A model generated the notes under the pieces. The model was not told the DNA's origin. It made no database searches and worked only from the letters and a program-made list of their open reading frames with translations. This document shows positions 10,098-20,055 of a DNA stretch of 64,000 nt, piece by piece (the stretch's first letter is position 1; every line of letters begins with the position of its first letter). Source of the DNA: Ignavibacteriales bacterium (GTDB lineage Bacteria > Bacteroidota > Ignavibacteria > Ignavibacteriales > DAOSCP01); assembly GCA_035379625.1 (NCBI GenBank), contig DAOSVM010000003.1:334-64333 (forward strand). The letters run 5' to 3'. Position numbers and translations under genes: made by a program.

Positions 10098-11684
10098 ATG
10101 TATAGAAATTATTTTATTTTATCAAGGTATATAAAAGAACTAAATAAACTTTTAGTCGGCTCAAAAATATTAAATGCTTTTTCTTTTAAAAAAGATATAT
10201 TAAATATTACCTTAATCAAATCGTCTCAATTTTTCACGTTGGAATTTTCAGTTAATTCAGGTTTCCCATATATAAGAATAATAGATAACGAAATTAAACC
10301 TAAGAACTTTGTTAAAGTTTTTGAAGAATTACAAAACACCATTATTAACAATATCACTATATCTAACAGTGACAGAATTATTAAATTTGAAATAAATAAT
10401 TACAACTTATTTTTTACTATTCGTGGTAAATATACTAATGTCTATTTATTATCTTCTTCATTTACAAGCTTCAAGAAAGAAGAAGATGATTTTTTATTTC
10501 AATTTCATAAAGAACTTCTAAACCATAATTTTGTAAACGATTTAAGCTTTAAAATACCAACTGAGAATAATCTTAATAATGATGAATTAGTAAACTTAAT
10601 CAGATTTAAATATTCTTTTATTTCAAAAGATATTTTAAATTTTACAAAACATATTTATAACGAAATCTCTCTAACAAATATATTAAAAGTTATAGAGAAA
10701 ATTTATTCATCTAATCTAGTAATTATCAAAAATAGAAGTAGCGTAATTTATACTATCAAAGATTTTGCATTAGTTGAAGGTCAAATTTATGAATTCAATA
10801 ATGTTAAGGATGCAATTAATTATTTTGTTAAAGAAACCTATTTACAAAATGATTTCAATATTTTATATAAAAATGTTGATAAATTTATTAAAAATGAATT
10901 AAGTAAAATATCTAATTTGCTTAATAAACTAAAATCATTATTGGAGACTCCATCAAAAGAAGATTATTATAGACAAATTGCTAATTTATTGCTTATTAAC
11001 TTACATAAAATTCAAAAAGGAAAAGAAGAAATAGAATTAGAAAATATTTATGATAACTCCACTATCAAAATAAAATTAAACCCAAAATATACCCCCAAAG
11101 ATAATGTTGATTATTATTTCAAAAAACAAAAAGAAGAAAAAAAATTAAGAGAAGTTACTAAAGAAAAATTATTAAAATTGACTAAAGAATATGAAAGTTT
11201 ACAAAATAATTTACAAAAACTTGAAAAAATTAGTAATTATGAATTATTAAAAGATTTTGCAAAACAATTTAATATAAGAACTGTTAAAGTTGAAAATAAT
11301 AAGCCTAATAAAACTGATAAGTTTAGACATTTTATTATAAACAATCGATATCATTTATACTTAGGAAAGGATAATGAAACAAACGATTTATTAACAATTA
11401 AATATGCAAGGCCAAATGATATTTGGTTACACGTAAAAGATGCACCAAGTGCTCACGGAATATTAAGAAAAGATAGTTTAAAGGAAAATATCCCTTTAAA
11501 AGTTCTTGAAAAAGCTGCGTCTATTATAGCTTACAATAGCAAGCAAAAAGGAAGTACATTAGTACCAGTTATTTGCACAAGTAAGAAATATATATCAAAA
11601 AATAAACATATGGAACCTGGACAAGTAAAAGTACTCAAAGAAGAAATAGTCTTGCTTGTTAAACCTTCGTTAGATGTCAATTAA
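10098..11684 (+). CDS. NFACT-family / RqcH-like (fibronectin-binding protein A-like) protein with DUF814 domain
   Basis: The C-terminal DUF814/NFACT-R signature (NRYHLYLGKDNETNDLLT...DIWLHVKDAPSAHGIL) is preceded by a coiled-coil region. Confidence 0.7.
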   Translation: MYRNYFILSRYIKELNKLLVGSKILNAFSFKKDILNITLIKSSQFFTLEFSVNSGFPYIRIIDNEIKPKNFVKVFEELQNTIINNITISNSDRIIKFEINNYNLFFTIRGKYTNVYLLSSSFTSFKKEEDDFLFQFHKELLNHNFVNDLSFKIPTENNLNNDELVNLIRFKYSFISKDILNFTKHIYNEISLTNILKVIEKIYSSNLVIIKNRSSVIYTIKDFALVEGQIYEFNNVKDAINYFVKETYLQNDFNILYKNVDKFIKNELSKISNLLNKLKSLLETPSKEDYYRQIANLLLINLHKIQKGKEEIELENIYDNSTIKIKLNPKYTPKDNVDYYFKKQKEEKKLREVTKEKLLKLTKEYESLQNNLQKLEKISNYELLKDFAKQFNIRTVKVENNKPNKTDKFRHFIINNRYHLYLGKDNETNDLLTIKYARPNDIWLHVKDAPSAHGILRKDSLKENIPLKVLEKAASIIAYNSKQKGSTLVPVICTSKKYISKNKHMEPGQVKVLKEEIVLLVKPSLDVN

Positions 11685-13258
11685 TCTTTAGGAGTTAATA
11701 CGATAACAGGTACTATCATTTCTTCCATTGAAATTCCACCGTGTAAGAAAGTATCTTTATATTGATTTAAGTATTTATGATAATCAGTTACAAAAACAAA
11801 ATAATAATCTTCTTTAGCAATTATAAAATTAGTAGTTAAGCCAAATCTTGGTAATTTATAGTCATTTGGATTCATCAAAAATATTCCTTGCTTTGCATCT
11901 ACCTTTAACCCTTTGCCAAATTTGAATCTTAGATTAGGAGTAGCTGTTTTGTCATCCATAATTTTAGCCCCCCTTAAAGCTCTAATACTGCCATGGTCCG
12001 TTGTTATAACAACTTTTGTGTTTTTCATCTGTGATATAGTTTTCAACACAGATAACAATGATGAATGAGTAAACCAACTATTGGTTAACGATCGGAAAGC
12101 TGCCTCATCTAAAGCAATTTCTTTAATAACTTGTGAATCATGTCTACTATGGACAATCATATCTAGAAAATTGTATACAACTGCAACTAAATGAGAATTT
12201 TGATATGACATTATATTATTTTCAAAATTTCTTCCATATTCTGGATCAATAATTTTAATATACTTTAACTCATTTCTAAGTCTAATTCTTTTTCTATCTA
12301 ATAGCAATTGTAAAAATTCTTTTTCGTGTTTATTTTTACTTTTTTCATCAGTTTCGGAATCGTCATCCCATAAATTAGGATAGTATTTTTGTATTTCAGC
12401 AGGAAACAGGCCACTAAAAAGGGAATTTCTGGCATATTCAGTTGCTGTAGGTAAAATCGTAAAATAATCTGTTCTTTCGATATTAAAATAATCGATCAAA
12501 TGTTTTTGCATCACTAACCATTGATCGAGTCGCAAACAATCTATTACAATAAAAAAAACAGTTTGAGCTTCATTCAATAAAGGGAATACAAATTTATTAA
12601 CTATTTCTGTTGTTAAAATCGGTGTATTTTCATCATTTAAATTATTTATCCACTTTTTATAATTATTTTCTATAAATTTGGAAAATTCCTTATTACATTC
12701 ACGTTTTAAATTGTTTAATGTATCTCTTAATTCGCTAGTTCCATTTTTATCAAATTCTAAATCCCAATAAATAAGTTTATTATTAATTGATACCCAATCT
12801 TGCCAAGTTAGTTGAGATTGTAGTACCATATTTATTTCTCTAAAATCTTGCAGATAATCTTTTGCAAGATATTCGCTTGATATTTTTTTCTTTTCCAATA
12901 TTTTTTTGATAACAAGTAAAACTTGGCTTGGGTTTACAGGTTTTATTAAATAATCGGTAATTTTACTACCAATTGCTTCTTCCATCAAATTTTCTTCTTC
13001 GCTTTTAGTTATCATAACAACAGGAATATCAGGATTTATTTCTTTTATTTCTGAGAGTGTTTGCAAACCCGTAAGACCAGCCATCATTTCATCTAAAAAA
13101 ATTAAATCATAATGATTGGACCTCACAAGTTCAATTGCATCTTCTCCGTTTGTAACACTTTCTATTTCATAACCTTTATCTTTTATAAACATAATATGAG
13201 ATTTTAGCATTTCAATTTCATCATCTACCCAAAGTATTCTTTTCATAAATACCCTCAA
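11681..13258 (-). CDS. PorX-like response regulator: receiver domain fused to a PglZ/alkaline-phosphatase-like domain
   Basis: REC motifs (ILWVDDE, LIFLDEMMAGLTG, KPV). The C-terminal PglZ-like region includes VITTDHGS. At about 520 aa the architecture matches the PorX family. Confidence 0.75.
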   Translation of the reverse strand: MRVFMKRILWVDDEIEMLKSHIMFIKDKGYEIESVTNGEDAIELVRSNHYDLIFLDEMMAGLTGLQTLSEIKEINPDIPVVMITKSEEENLMEEAIGSKITDYLIKPVNPSQVLLVIKKILEKKKISSEYLAKDYLQDFREINMVLQSQLTWQDWVSINNKLIYWDLEFDKNGTSELRDTLNNLKRECNKEFSKFIENNYKKWINNLNDENTPILTTEIVNKFVFPLLNEAQTVFFIVIDCLRLDQWLVMQKHLIDYFNIERTDYFTILPTATEYARNSLFSGLFPAEIQKYYPNLWDDDSETDEKSKNKHEKEFLQLLLDRKRIRLRNELKYIKIIDPEYGRNFENNIMSYQNSHLVAVVYNFLDMIVHSRHDSQVIKEIALDEAAFRSLTNSWFTHSSLLSVLKTISQMKNTKVVITTDHGSIRALRGAKIMDDKTATPNLRFKFGKGLKVDAKQGIFLMNPNDYKLPRFGLTTNFIIAKEDYYFVFVTDYHKYLNQYKDTFLHGGISMEEMIVPVIVLTPKD

Positions 13259-13384
13259 AAAATTAATTTTGTTATTGTAACTATTTTTCAGGACAAAAAC
13301 AATATTAAATAGACTTTATAATATAATTTTTTTTCATTTATTTTTTTTGTAATTTTATATTACTACTATATCTTTAGGGGGCTT

Positions 13385-15046
13385 ATGGAACATTATTTAT
13401 CTTCGGGGTTAATATTAATAATTTTTATTATTTCTTCTCTGTTAATGTTTTTGAGAAAAATTCCTGCATTACTTGCATTACCAATTATGGCAATACTAAT
13501 GCCATTATGTGTAGGTATACAAATTTCTGATGTTTTCAATTTTGTTATAGGCCAAGGTTCTTTGAAATTGAATGAAGCTTACACTATAGCAATATTTGGT
13601 GGTATATTAAGTATATTATTACAGAAAACTGGTGTAGCGGAAAGTTTTATAAAAAAAGGAGCAGAATTGTCAGGAGATAATCCTTTTTTGATAAGTGTAC
13701 TTATGTTATTACTTATTGCCTTACTTTTTACAACAATAGGTGGATTAGGTGCTATTATCATGGTAGCCACTATAGTACTTCCTATTATGATATCTGTGGG
13801 GATTAGTCCATTAGCTACAGCAGGGATTTTTTTATTTGGATTAAGTATTGGTGGTATTTTAAATCCTACGAACTGGGCTTTATATACAGGAACTTTAAAA
13901 TTACAATTACAAGAAATTACTCCTTTTGCTGTTCAAATGTTTTTAATAGCATTTTTTATTTCTTTGGTATATATTGTACTGCAATTAAAATTTGATGGAG
14001 CAAATATAAAACTAAAAAAAATTATATTTTCTTTAATATCACTTTTCGCCATAATTTTTGTTTTGTACATAATATTCACACAATTACCAATTGAAACACA
14101 AAAGGTTATAGAAACTTTTTTAAAGAAAATTTGGATTTATACTAAACTTATTTTAATTGTATTCATTATATTTGCTTTTGTTTATAACATTTATCGTTTA
14201 TTTACGCATAAATCGGAAGAAATTCACTGGTTATCTTATTTTACTCCAATAATCCCATTATTATTCATTTTACTTTTTAATATTCATCCAATTGGTGCTT
14301 TCACAATAGGAATTTTTTATTGTTTTATCTCTACTTACAAGAAAAATCATCTCAACCTTTTAATAAAAAGTATGTTTGAAGGGAGTGCATCTGTCATGCC
14401 CGCAGTAATATTAATGTTGGGAATTGGTATGTTGTTAGTTTCAATTATGGGACCAGATACTAGTGTTATTAAACTTAAAGTTCAAACAGATAATTCTGGT
14501 AATGCTGTAGTATATCTTAGAGAAAAGAATAATTTTAAAATCCAAAATATAAATGATTTAATAATTAAATTCGAAAATAATAATGGAGCCAAAATAAAAT
14601 ATAATTTATCGAGTAATCTAGATAAATTATATATTGCTTCATCGCAACCTAACAAAGATTTAACAATAGAAATAAGAAATTGGAGAGTTCTTGCGATTTT
14701 ACAACCAATATTTTCTAAAATTGTTCCGCAAAATGGTTTTTCTTATTTTCTAATTTTCACATTATTAGCGCCATTATCTCTATATAGAGGTCCATTAAAT
14801 GTATGGGGGATGGGTTATCCTGTTGCCACAATATTTTTATCAAGCGGTATGCCAGCTATCGCTATAATGGCATTATTAATTTCTGTAGGACAAATTCAAG
14901 GGATAAGCGATCCTACAAATACACAGAATGTGTGGCTAGCAAATGAATTACAAATTGACGTTCAAAAAATTTTATGGAATACATTGCCTTTTACTTGGAT
15001 TATGGCTATATTTGGATTGTTGATTGCTAGTATACAAATTTATTAG
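13385..15046 (+). CDS. Polytopic membrane permease (ion-transporter-superfamily-like) with a soluble insertion of about 80 aa
   Basis: At least 10 hydrophobic segments. The N-terminal region resembles GntP/CitMHS/DcuC-type carriers. The substrate cannot be assigned from sequence. Confidence 0.5.
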   Translation: MEHYLSSGLILIIFIISSLLMFLRKIPALLALPIMAILMPLCVGIQISDVFNFVIGQGSLKLNEAYTIAIFGGILSILLQKTGVAESFIKKGAELSGDNPFLISVLMLLLIALLFTTIGGLGAIIMVATIVLPIMISVGISPLATAGIFLFGLSIGGILNPTNWALYTGTLKLQLQEITPFAVQMFLIAFFISLVYIVLQLKFDGANIKLKKIIFSLISLFAIIFVLYIIFTQLPIETQKVIETFLKKIWIYTKLILIVFIIFAFVYNIYRLFTHKSEEIHWLSYFTPIIPLLFILLFNIHPIGAFTIGIFYCFISTYKKNHLNLLIKSMFEGSASVMPAVILMLGIGMLLVSIMGPDTSVIKLKVQTDNSGNAVVYLREKNNFKIQNINDLIIKFENNNGAKIKYNLSSNLDKLYIASSQPNKDLTIEIRNWRVLAILQPIFSKIVPQNGFSYFLIFTLLAPLSLYRGPLNVWGMGYPVATIFLSSGMPAIAIMALLISVGQIQGISDPTNTQNVWLANELQIDVQKILWNTLPFTWIMAIFGLLIASIQIY

Positions 15047-15058
15047 TTGGAGAACATA

Positions 15059-16021
15059 ATGAAAGAAAAGTTAATTTATGTTGCAGGTCACAGTGGAATG
15101 GTAGGCTCTGCCGTTGTAAGAAAACTTAAAGATGCTGGTTACAATAATTTATTAGCCATTCCCCACAGTAAATTAGACCTAACTGATCAATTTGCTGTTA
15201 GAGAATTTTTTAAGAAGAATAAACCTGATATCGTTATTGTAGCTGCTGCAAGAGTTGGAGGTATTTTAGCGAACAATACTTATCGTTCTGAGTTTCTTTA
15301 TGAAAATTTAATGATTGAAACCAATATAATTAATTCTGCATTTCGCACAAAAGTTGAAAAATTAATTTTTTTGGGCAGTTCGTGCATTTATCCTAAATTA
15401 GCTGCTCAACCACTAAAAGAAGAATATCTCCTTTCAGGTTATTTAGAACCTACAAATGAACCATATGCAATTGCTAAAATAGCTGGAATTAAATATTGTG
15501 AAGCCTTATACCAACAACACAAAGCAAATTTTTATTCTTTAATGCCAACAAATTTATATGGGCCAAACGATAATTTCAATTTAGATACATCTCATGTATT
15601 ACCTGCTTTAATAAGGAAATTTCATTCTGCGAAAATAGGTGAATATTCAAAAGTTATTGTATGGGGAACTGGTAATCCACTTCGTGAATTTCTTTATGTA
15701 GATGATTTAGCAGAAGCTATTGTATTCTGTATGGAGAACGTTAATGCTGAAGATATATATTCAAGGAATATATCACATTTAAATGTTGGAACAGGTACAG
15801 ATATAAGTATTCGTGAATTAGCTTATTTAGTCGCAGATGTCCTTGATTATAAAGGGCATATTGAATTTGATAATACAAAACCTGACGGTACACCACGTAA
15901 ATTGCTTGATGTTTCTAGAATAAATAAATTAGGTTGGAAGCATAAAACCGATTTAAGAACTGGTATTGAAATGACTTATAATTGGTTTGTTGAGAACTAT
16001 AATAATTTAACTAAATTATAA
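15059..16021 (+). CDS. fcl: GDP-L-fucose synthase (GDP-4-keto-6-deoxy-D-mannose 3,5-epimerase/4-reductase)
   Basis: NAD(P) motif VAGHSGMVGSA, the SSCIYP and YAIAK catalytic motifs, and typical length. The ATG at 15059 is preferred over the TTG at 15047. Confidence 0.9.
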   Translation: MKEKLIYVAGHSGMVGSAVVRKLKDAGYNNLLAIPHSKLDLTDQFAVREFFKKNKPDIVIVAAARVGGILANNTYRSEFLYENLMIETNIINSAFRTKVEKLIFLGSSCIYPKLAAQPLKEEYLLSGYLEPTNEPYAIAKIAGIKYCEALYQQHKANFYSLMPTNLYGPNDNFNLDTSHVLPALIRKFHSAKIGEYSKVIVWGTGNPLREFLYVDDLAEAIVFCMENVNAEDIYSRNISHLNVGTGTDISIRELAYLVADVLDYKGHIEFDNTKPDGTPRKLLDVSRINKLGWKHKTDLRTGIEMTYNWFVENYNNLTKL

Positions 16022-16394
16022 AATTTATTTTATTGTTTTTACACCAATTTACTAATATAGTTTTATATTCCAATTTTCTAAATTCTTCCCAGTCTTCTAA
16101 AACATTATATTTTTTTAGAATGCTGGGAATATTTTTTTTATTACCATTTAATTTAATTTCATTTCGAATTATATTTTCTGTAGTTTCATCAAGATAACGT
16201 AGGAATTTTTCAAATATTAAATTTTCATTCAAATCTGTTCTATCGGGTAATGTAATGTAATGTTCGGGATGACTTAAAAATTCATTGGATTTTCCTTTTA
16301 CTATATGATAAGTTTTTAAGTTTAAATAGAGGGGTTGCTCACTATGATTTATAAGAGTATCTGTTAGGTAAGATATTTCAATTTGAGTTTTCAT
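16011..16394 (-). CDS. Hypothetical protein
   Basis: 127-aa ORF with coding-like composition next to a very AT-rich upstream region. No family recognised. Confidence 0.5.
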   Translation of the reverse strand: MKTQIEISYLTDTLINHSEQPLYLNLKTYHIVKGKSNEFLSHPEHYITLPDRTDLNENLIFEKFLRYLDETTENIIRNEIKLNGNKKNIPSILKKYNVLEDWEEFRKLEYKTILVNWCKNNKINFII

Positions 16395-16715
16395 AGTTTC
16401 ACCTATTATTTTATTTTATAATAAATTATTATTAGTTTATATTATATTTTTTTATTATAAATATTTTATTTATATTTAATATTTATATATAAAATCACCT
16501 AATAATAAATCAAATTATGAGTTACTAATAATAACTCTTTTTTTTAATAGTAATTGTGTAAATAACCATTTATATTTTTTTAAAGTAATTATCTTTTCTT
16601 TTTAGTTGATTTAATAATTAAATTTTAATATTATTTCTGTTAGCATATGTAATAAATAGGGTTGTTGTAAAATATATGTTGGGAACATTTTGATGAAAGG
16701 TTATGAATACAAAAT

Positions 16716-16737
16716 CATGCTTATACTGTCCGAGCTA
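16716..16737. repeat. Solo terminal-repeat copy of the TAGCTCAGAC...TAAGCTTA element family
   Basis: catgcttatactgtccgagcta matches the right terminal repeat of copy A (24103-24124) at 19 of 22 positions. As in copies A and B, an A-run and a terminator hairpin follow it. Confidence 0.7.
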
Positions 16738-16744
16738 AATAGAA

Positions 16745-16773
16745 ATAAAAAAAGCTGCCTTTTTAAGACAGCC
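16745..16773 (-). terminator. Rho-independent terminator of queD
   Basis: On the minus strand there is a 7-bp stem, GCUGUCU/AGGCAGC (one G-U pair), with loop UAAAA and a following U8 run, immediately after the queD stop codon. Confidence 0.7.
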
Positions 16774-16779
16774 TATTTT

Positions 16780-17193
16780 TTATAGTATTTCTTCTTGTTC
16801 TGCATAAGTATTATCTGTTTCTTTAACTTTAACTTTTATTTTTCTTATATGATTTGGTAATTGATGGCTTTTTATATAATTAATAAAAAACAAGACTAAA
16901 TTTTCAGCAGTTGGATAATCATCCATTATAAAAATTTTCATATTCATTTTTTTGAAGAATTCTATAAATTCGGTATCATCTTTGTGGAAAGCACAAGCGT
17001 GATCAAGCTGGTTTATTAATGGTTTTATAATTTCATTAAATATGTAATAATCTAGTACCATACCATGTTGTAATACATCCCCTTCCAATTCCAGCTCCAT
17101 AGAGTAGGAATGTCCGTGTATATTAGCACATTTATCTTTGTGAAACGAAAGCCTATGCCCCATTTCCCATTTAAAAGATTTAGCAATTTTCAT
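16780..17193 (-). CDS. queD: 6-carboxy-5,6,7,8-tetrahydropterin synthase
   Basis: PTPS/QueD fold motifs (GHRLSFHKDKCANIHGHSYS) and typical length (137 aa). Confidence 0.9.
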   Translation of the reverse strand: MKIAKSFKWEMGHRLSFHKDKCANIHGHSYSMELELEGDVLQHGMVLDYYIFNEIIKPLINQLDHACAFHKDDTEFIEFFKKMNMKIFIMDDYPTAENLVLFFINYIKSHQLPNHIRKIKVKVKETDNTYAEQEEIL

Positions 17194-17202
17194 ATTAAAA
17201 CC

Positions 17203-18549
17203 TTAATAAATTTTTTCAATTTTTATATTTTTAAAGTAATGATATAATATTTCATCGAACTTGTATCCTAATTCAGCCATCAAAGCTGCACCAATTTGGC
17301 ACATTCCAACACCATGCCCCCAACCTGCACCTTTTATTACAAATTCTTCTGGGATTTGAGAATCATGTTTTTTCTTCTTCAATACAACAAAAGCTGAACT
17401 GTATAAATGTGTTGGGGATAATGCTTTTCTGATTAATAATTCTTTCCCTATTGTTAAAGTTTTTTGGGTACCGACAATTTTTAATTTTATAATTCGACCC
17501 GATTTGCCTCTTTCAAGTGGGATTAAATCAATAATTTGCCCAAAATCTATATCAATTTTTTTATGAATTAAGTTTGACAATTCATTCTGAGAATATTTAA
17601 CTTCCCATCTAAAAAAATCAGGAGTAGTATTTTTATCATATTCTTGTAAAACTTGAGAAAGAACATTTTCGTCGTTAGTATTACAAAAAGCTGGTGGATT
17701 TGATAATATCCATTTTTCAGCATTATCTTCTTTTGTTAAATCTAAATCATATTCATCAGGAATATGTTTCCAATCAACAATAGATAACAAATAATCTTTT
17801 TTTACAGGTTCCCAAACATGTTCAAAATTTTCGGATATACCACCGCAAGATTTGGAAAATCGAGCGTCACAGATTTCACCATTACTAGTAATGACAATAC
17901 CAGCAGTATTTCTGACAGCTTTTTGAGCTGCATCGGTATAAATTTTAGCAATACCTTGATATCGTTGGCAATGATCATCAGCACATACATCAAAAAGTTC
18001 GTGATCTTCTCTATCCCACCATTTTATTAAAGTATCATCAGTTTGATATGTTGTTACATAATTTTCTTTTTTTTCTTTAAGTTTTTTATTTTTTTCCAAT
18101 TGAGCTAGTAGCCAACTTCTTGAAACAATAGCATGTGCTTTTAATAAATCTATTGAACTTGTAGCCCTCATCTCAGAACAAATTACACTTTCTAAATAGT
18201 GTTCAACGCCAATTATATTGATAGCGTGTAAGATATCGCCATCTTTTAATATTTTTAATTGACCTTGGAAACTTTGCTTTTCTTTTTCTTCCCAATGAAA
18301 ACCAATTCCTATAACTACATCTCTTAACACAAAAGAATTTTGGTTAAAATCTTTTGGTGTGAAAATTATTTCATCTGGACTTGTTAACATAGTATTTTCA
18401 GATTCAATAACAATTACTTTATTTTGAATACTTGCTTCAAACTTGCCTTTTATTGATTGATTAGTATTATTAATATAAAATTCTCCATAAAGTTCGAATT
18501 TTACTTTTTCCCCCTGTAAAATTCCTACTGAAATTAATGGCTGCTCCAT
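17203..18549 (-). CDS. SpoIID/LytB domain protein (peptidoglycan amidase enhancer family)
   Basis: Family motifs are present: KAHAIVSRSW, CADDHCQRYQG, FSKSCGG, GHGVGMCQIGA. Confidence 0.85.
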   Translation of the reverse strand: MEQPLISVGILQGEKVKFELYGEFYINNTNQSIKGKFEASIQNKVIVIESENTMLTSPDEIIFTPKDFNQNSFVLRDVVIGIGFHWEEKEKQSFQGQLKILKDGDILHAINIIGVEHYLESVICSEMRATSSIDLLKAHAIVSRSWLLAQLEKNKKLKEKKENYVTTYQTDDTLIKWWDREDHELFDVCADDHCQRYQGIAKIYTDAAQKAVRNTAGIVITSNGEICDARFSKSCGGISENFEHVWEPVKKDYLLSIVDWKHIPDEYDLDLTKEDNAEKWILSNPPAFCNTNDENVLSQVLQEYDKNTTPDFFRWEVKYSQNELSNLIHKKIDIDFGQIIDLIPLERGKSGRIIKLKIVGTQKTLTIGKELLIRKALSPTHLYSSAFVVLKKKKHDSQIPEEFVIKGAGWGHGVGMCQIGAALMAELGYKFDEILYHYFKNIKIEKIY

Positions 18550-18590
18550 CTGTCCCCCTATTTTTCATTTTTTTTTTGTAAATTATAATT

Positions 18591-20018
18591 ATGCTTTTAA
18601 AATTAAAAAAAAAATTCATCATTTTATATTTATTTTTTTATTTTATAATCCCTTTGAATTTTGTCTATTCAAAAGACAAAACAGCACTAGAAGATTCGTT
18701 AAATAATTATATTATCAACTTTAATCATTTTGACTATATCAAAAGAATAATAAATGAGCAAAATAATGGATTTTTAAATAATTACTTTATGCTTGATAGT
18801 TTAAATTATGAAATCAAAGATTCAACAGTTTATATCGTTCCACTCTACGGATATATTAAGAATAAACTTTATAGAATAAAATCTATTGAGACATTTGGGA
18901 ATAAGCTTACAACTCTAAGTACAATATCTCATATTATCAATATAAACGAGAATGACATTTTAAATTATAATAAAATTTCAAATATTAGTCATAAATTCAA
19001 ACAATACGAATTTATTATATTAAATTCTTATCAGGTTATTTTGGATACAAGCGGAAACGCGTATTTAAAACTTTTTTTACAAGAAAAGAGAAGCACTTTT
19101 TTTGATGGTATAATTGGTTTTACAAAAAATAATGATATTACTGAATTATATGGTAAGGTACAACTTTCTATAAATAACTTATTTGGCACCGCTAGGAAAC
19201 TTGGACTTTTATGGCAAAAACCTAAAAAAAACTATTCTGAAATCAATATTTCATATTATGAGCCTTGGATTTTAAATAACTCTTTATCAGCCCAATTAAG
19301 GTTTAAGCAATATAAGCACGACACATTATTTATTCAAACAGGTTATAGCTTAGATATTTTTTATTCAATTGATGATAAATCGTACATATCCTATGGAATA
19401 AGTGCAATCTACAATAATTCATCCCAAAAATTTAATAATAATTATCCAAATTCATCTGAATTAAGTTATAATTTTTCTTATAGTTATAATTCGTTAGACG
19501 ACAATTTTACACCTACAAATGGGTTTTATAATAAGATAGAAATCTCAAATATTTTAAAGAATAATAAGGATTTTAGTAAAAAATTTAATCAATATGAAAT
19601 AACATCTACTTTTAGGATTATAAACAACCTTCACGATAACTTATTTTTATATAATGCATTACATTTTTATTACAAAACTGGTAATAATATAACGTTAGAT
19701 AATTTATATAAAGTTGGTGGATTTAACACAATTAGAGGTTATGACGAATATCAATTTTTTGGAAATTATATTTTTTATTGTAATAATGAATTTCGTATAT
19801 ATACAGCTAATAAATCGTCATTTTTTCTTTTCTACGATTATGGAGTAATTAGAAATATAAAAGTTGATTATAATTTAGGAAATAATTATGTTAGAGGATA
19901 CGGTATAGGCACAATTTTTGAAACAAAAAATGGTAAATTCTCCCTTAGTTTTGCATTTAATAAAAACTTTAATTTTAATGAGTTAAAAATTCATTTTGGT
20001 TTTTTATCGCTATTTTAA
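18591..20018 (+). CDS. Omp85/BamA-superfamily outer-membrane beta-barrel protein (short form)
   Basis: Signal peptide, a beta-barrel pattern rich in aromatic residues, the Omp85 motif VGGFNTIRGYDEYQF, and a C-terminal aromatic residue. Confidence 0.7.
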   Translation: MLLKLKKKFIILYLFFYFIIPLNFVYSKDKTALEDSLNNYIINFNHFDYIKRIINEQNNGFLNNYFMLDSLNYEIKDSTVYIVPLYGYIKNKLYRIKSIETFGNKLTTLSTISHIININENDILNYNKISNISHKFKQYEFIILNSYQVILDTSGNAYLKLFLQEKRSTFFDGIIGFTKNNDITELYGKVQLSINNLFGTARKLGLLWQKPKKNYSEINISYYEPWILNNSLSAQLRFKQYKHDTLFIQTGYSLDIFYSIDDKSYISYGISAIYNNSSQKFNNNYPNSSELSYNFSYSYNSLDDNFTPTNGFYNKIEISNILKNNKDFSKKFNQYEITSTFRIINNLHDNLFLYNALHFYYKTGNNITLDNLYKVGGFNTIRGYDEYQFFGNYIFYCNNEFRIYTANKSSFFLFYDYGVIRNIKVDYNLGNNYVRGYGIGTIFETKNGKFSLSFAFNKNFNFNELKIHFGFLSLF

Positions 20019-20055
20019 TTATATTATATATATAAACATAAAATATTGAGACACA

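Noticed and set aside
11681-13258. The PglZ domain considered as a marker of a BREX/phage-defence locus.
   Set aside because: The PglZ domain is fused to a receiver domain in a PorX-type architecture of about 520 aa. No BREX partners (PglX methyltransferase, BrxC, BrxL and so on) are nearby.
16519-16545. The hairpin GAGTTA...TAACTC followed by T8 on the + strand, considered as a terminator or small RNA end.
   Set aside because: It is a 6-bp, entirely weak AT-rich stem in nearly pure A/T DNA, about 500 nt from the nearest + strand gene. Such structures are expected by chance here.
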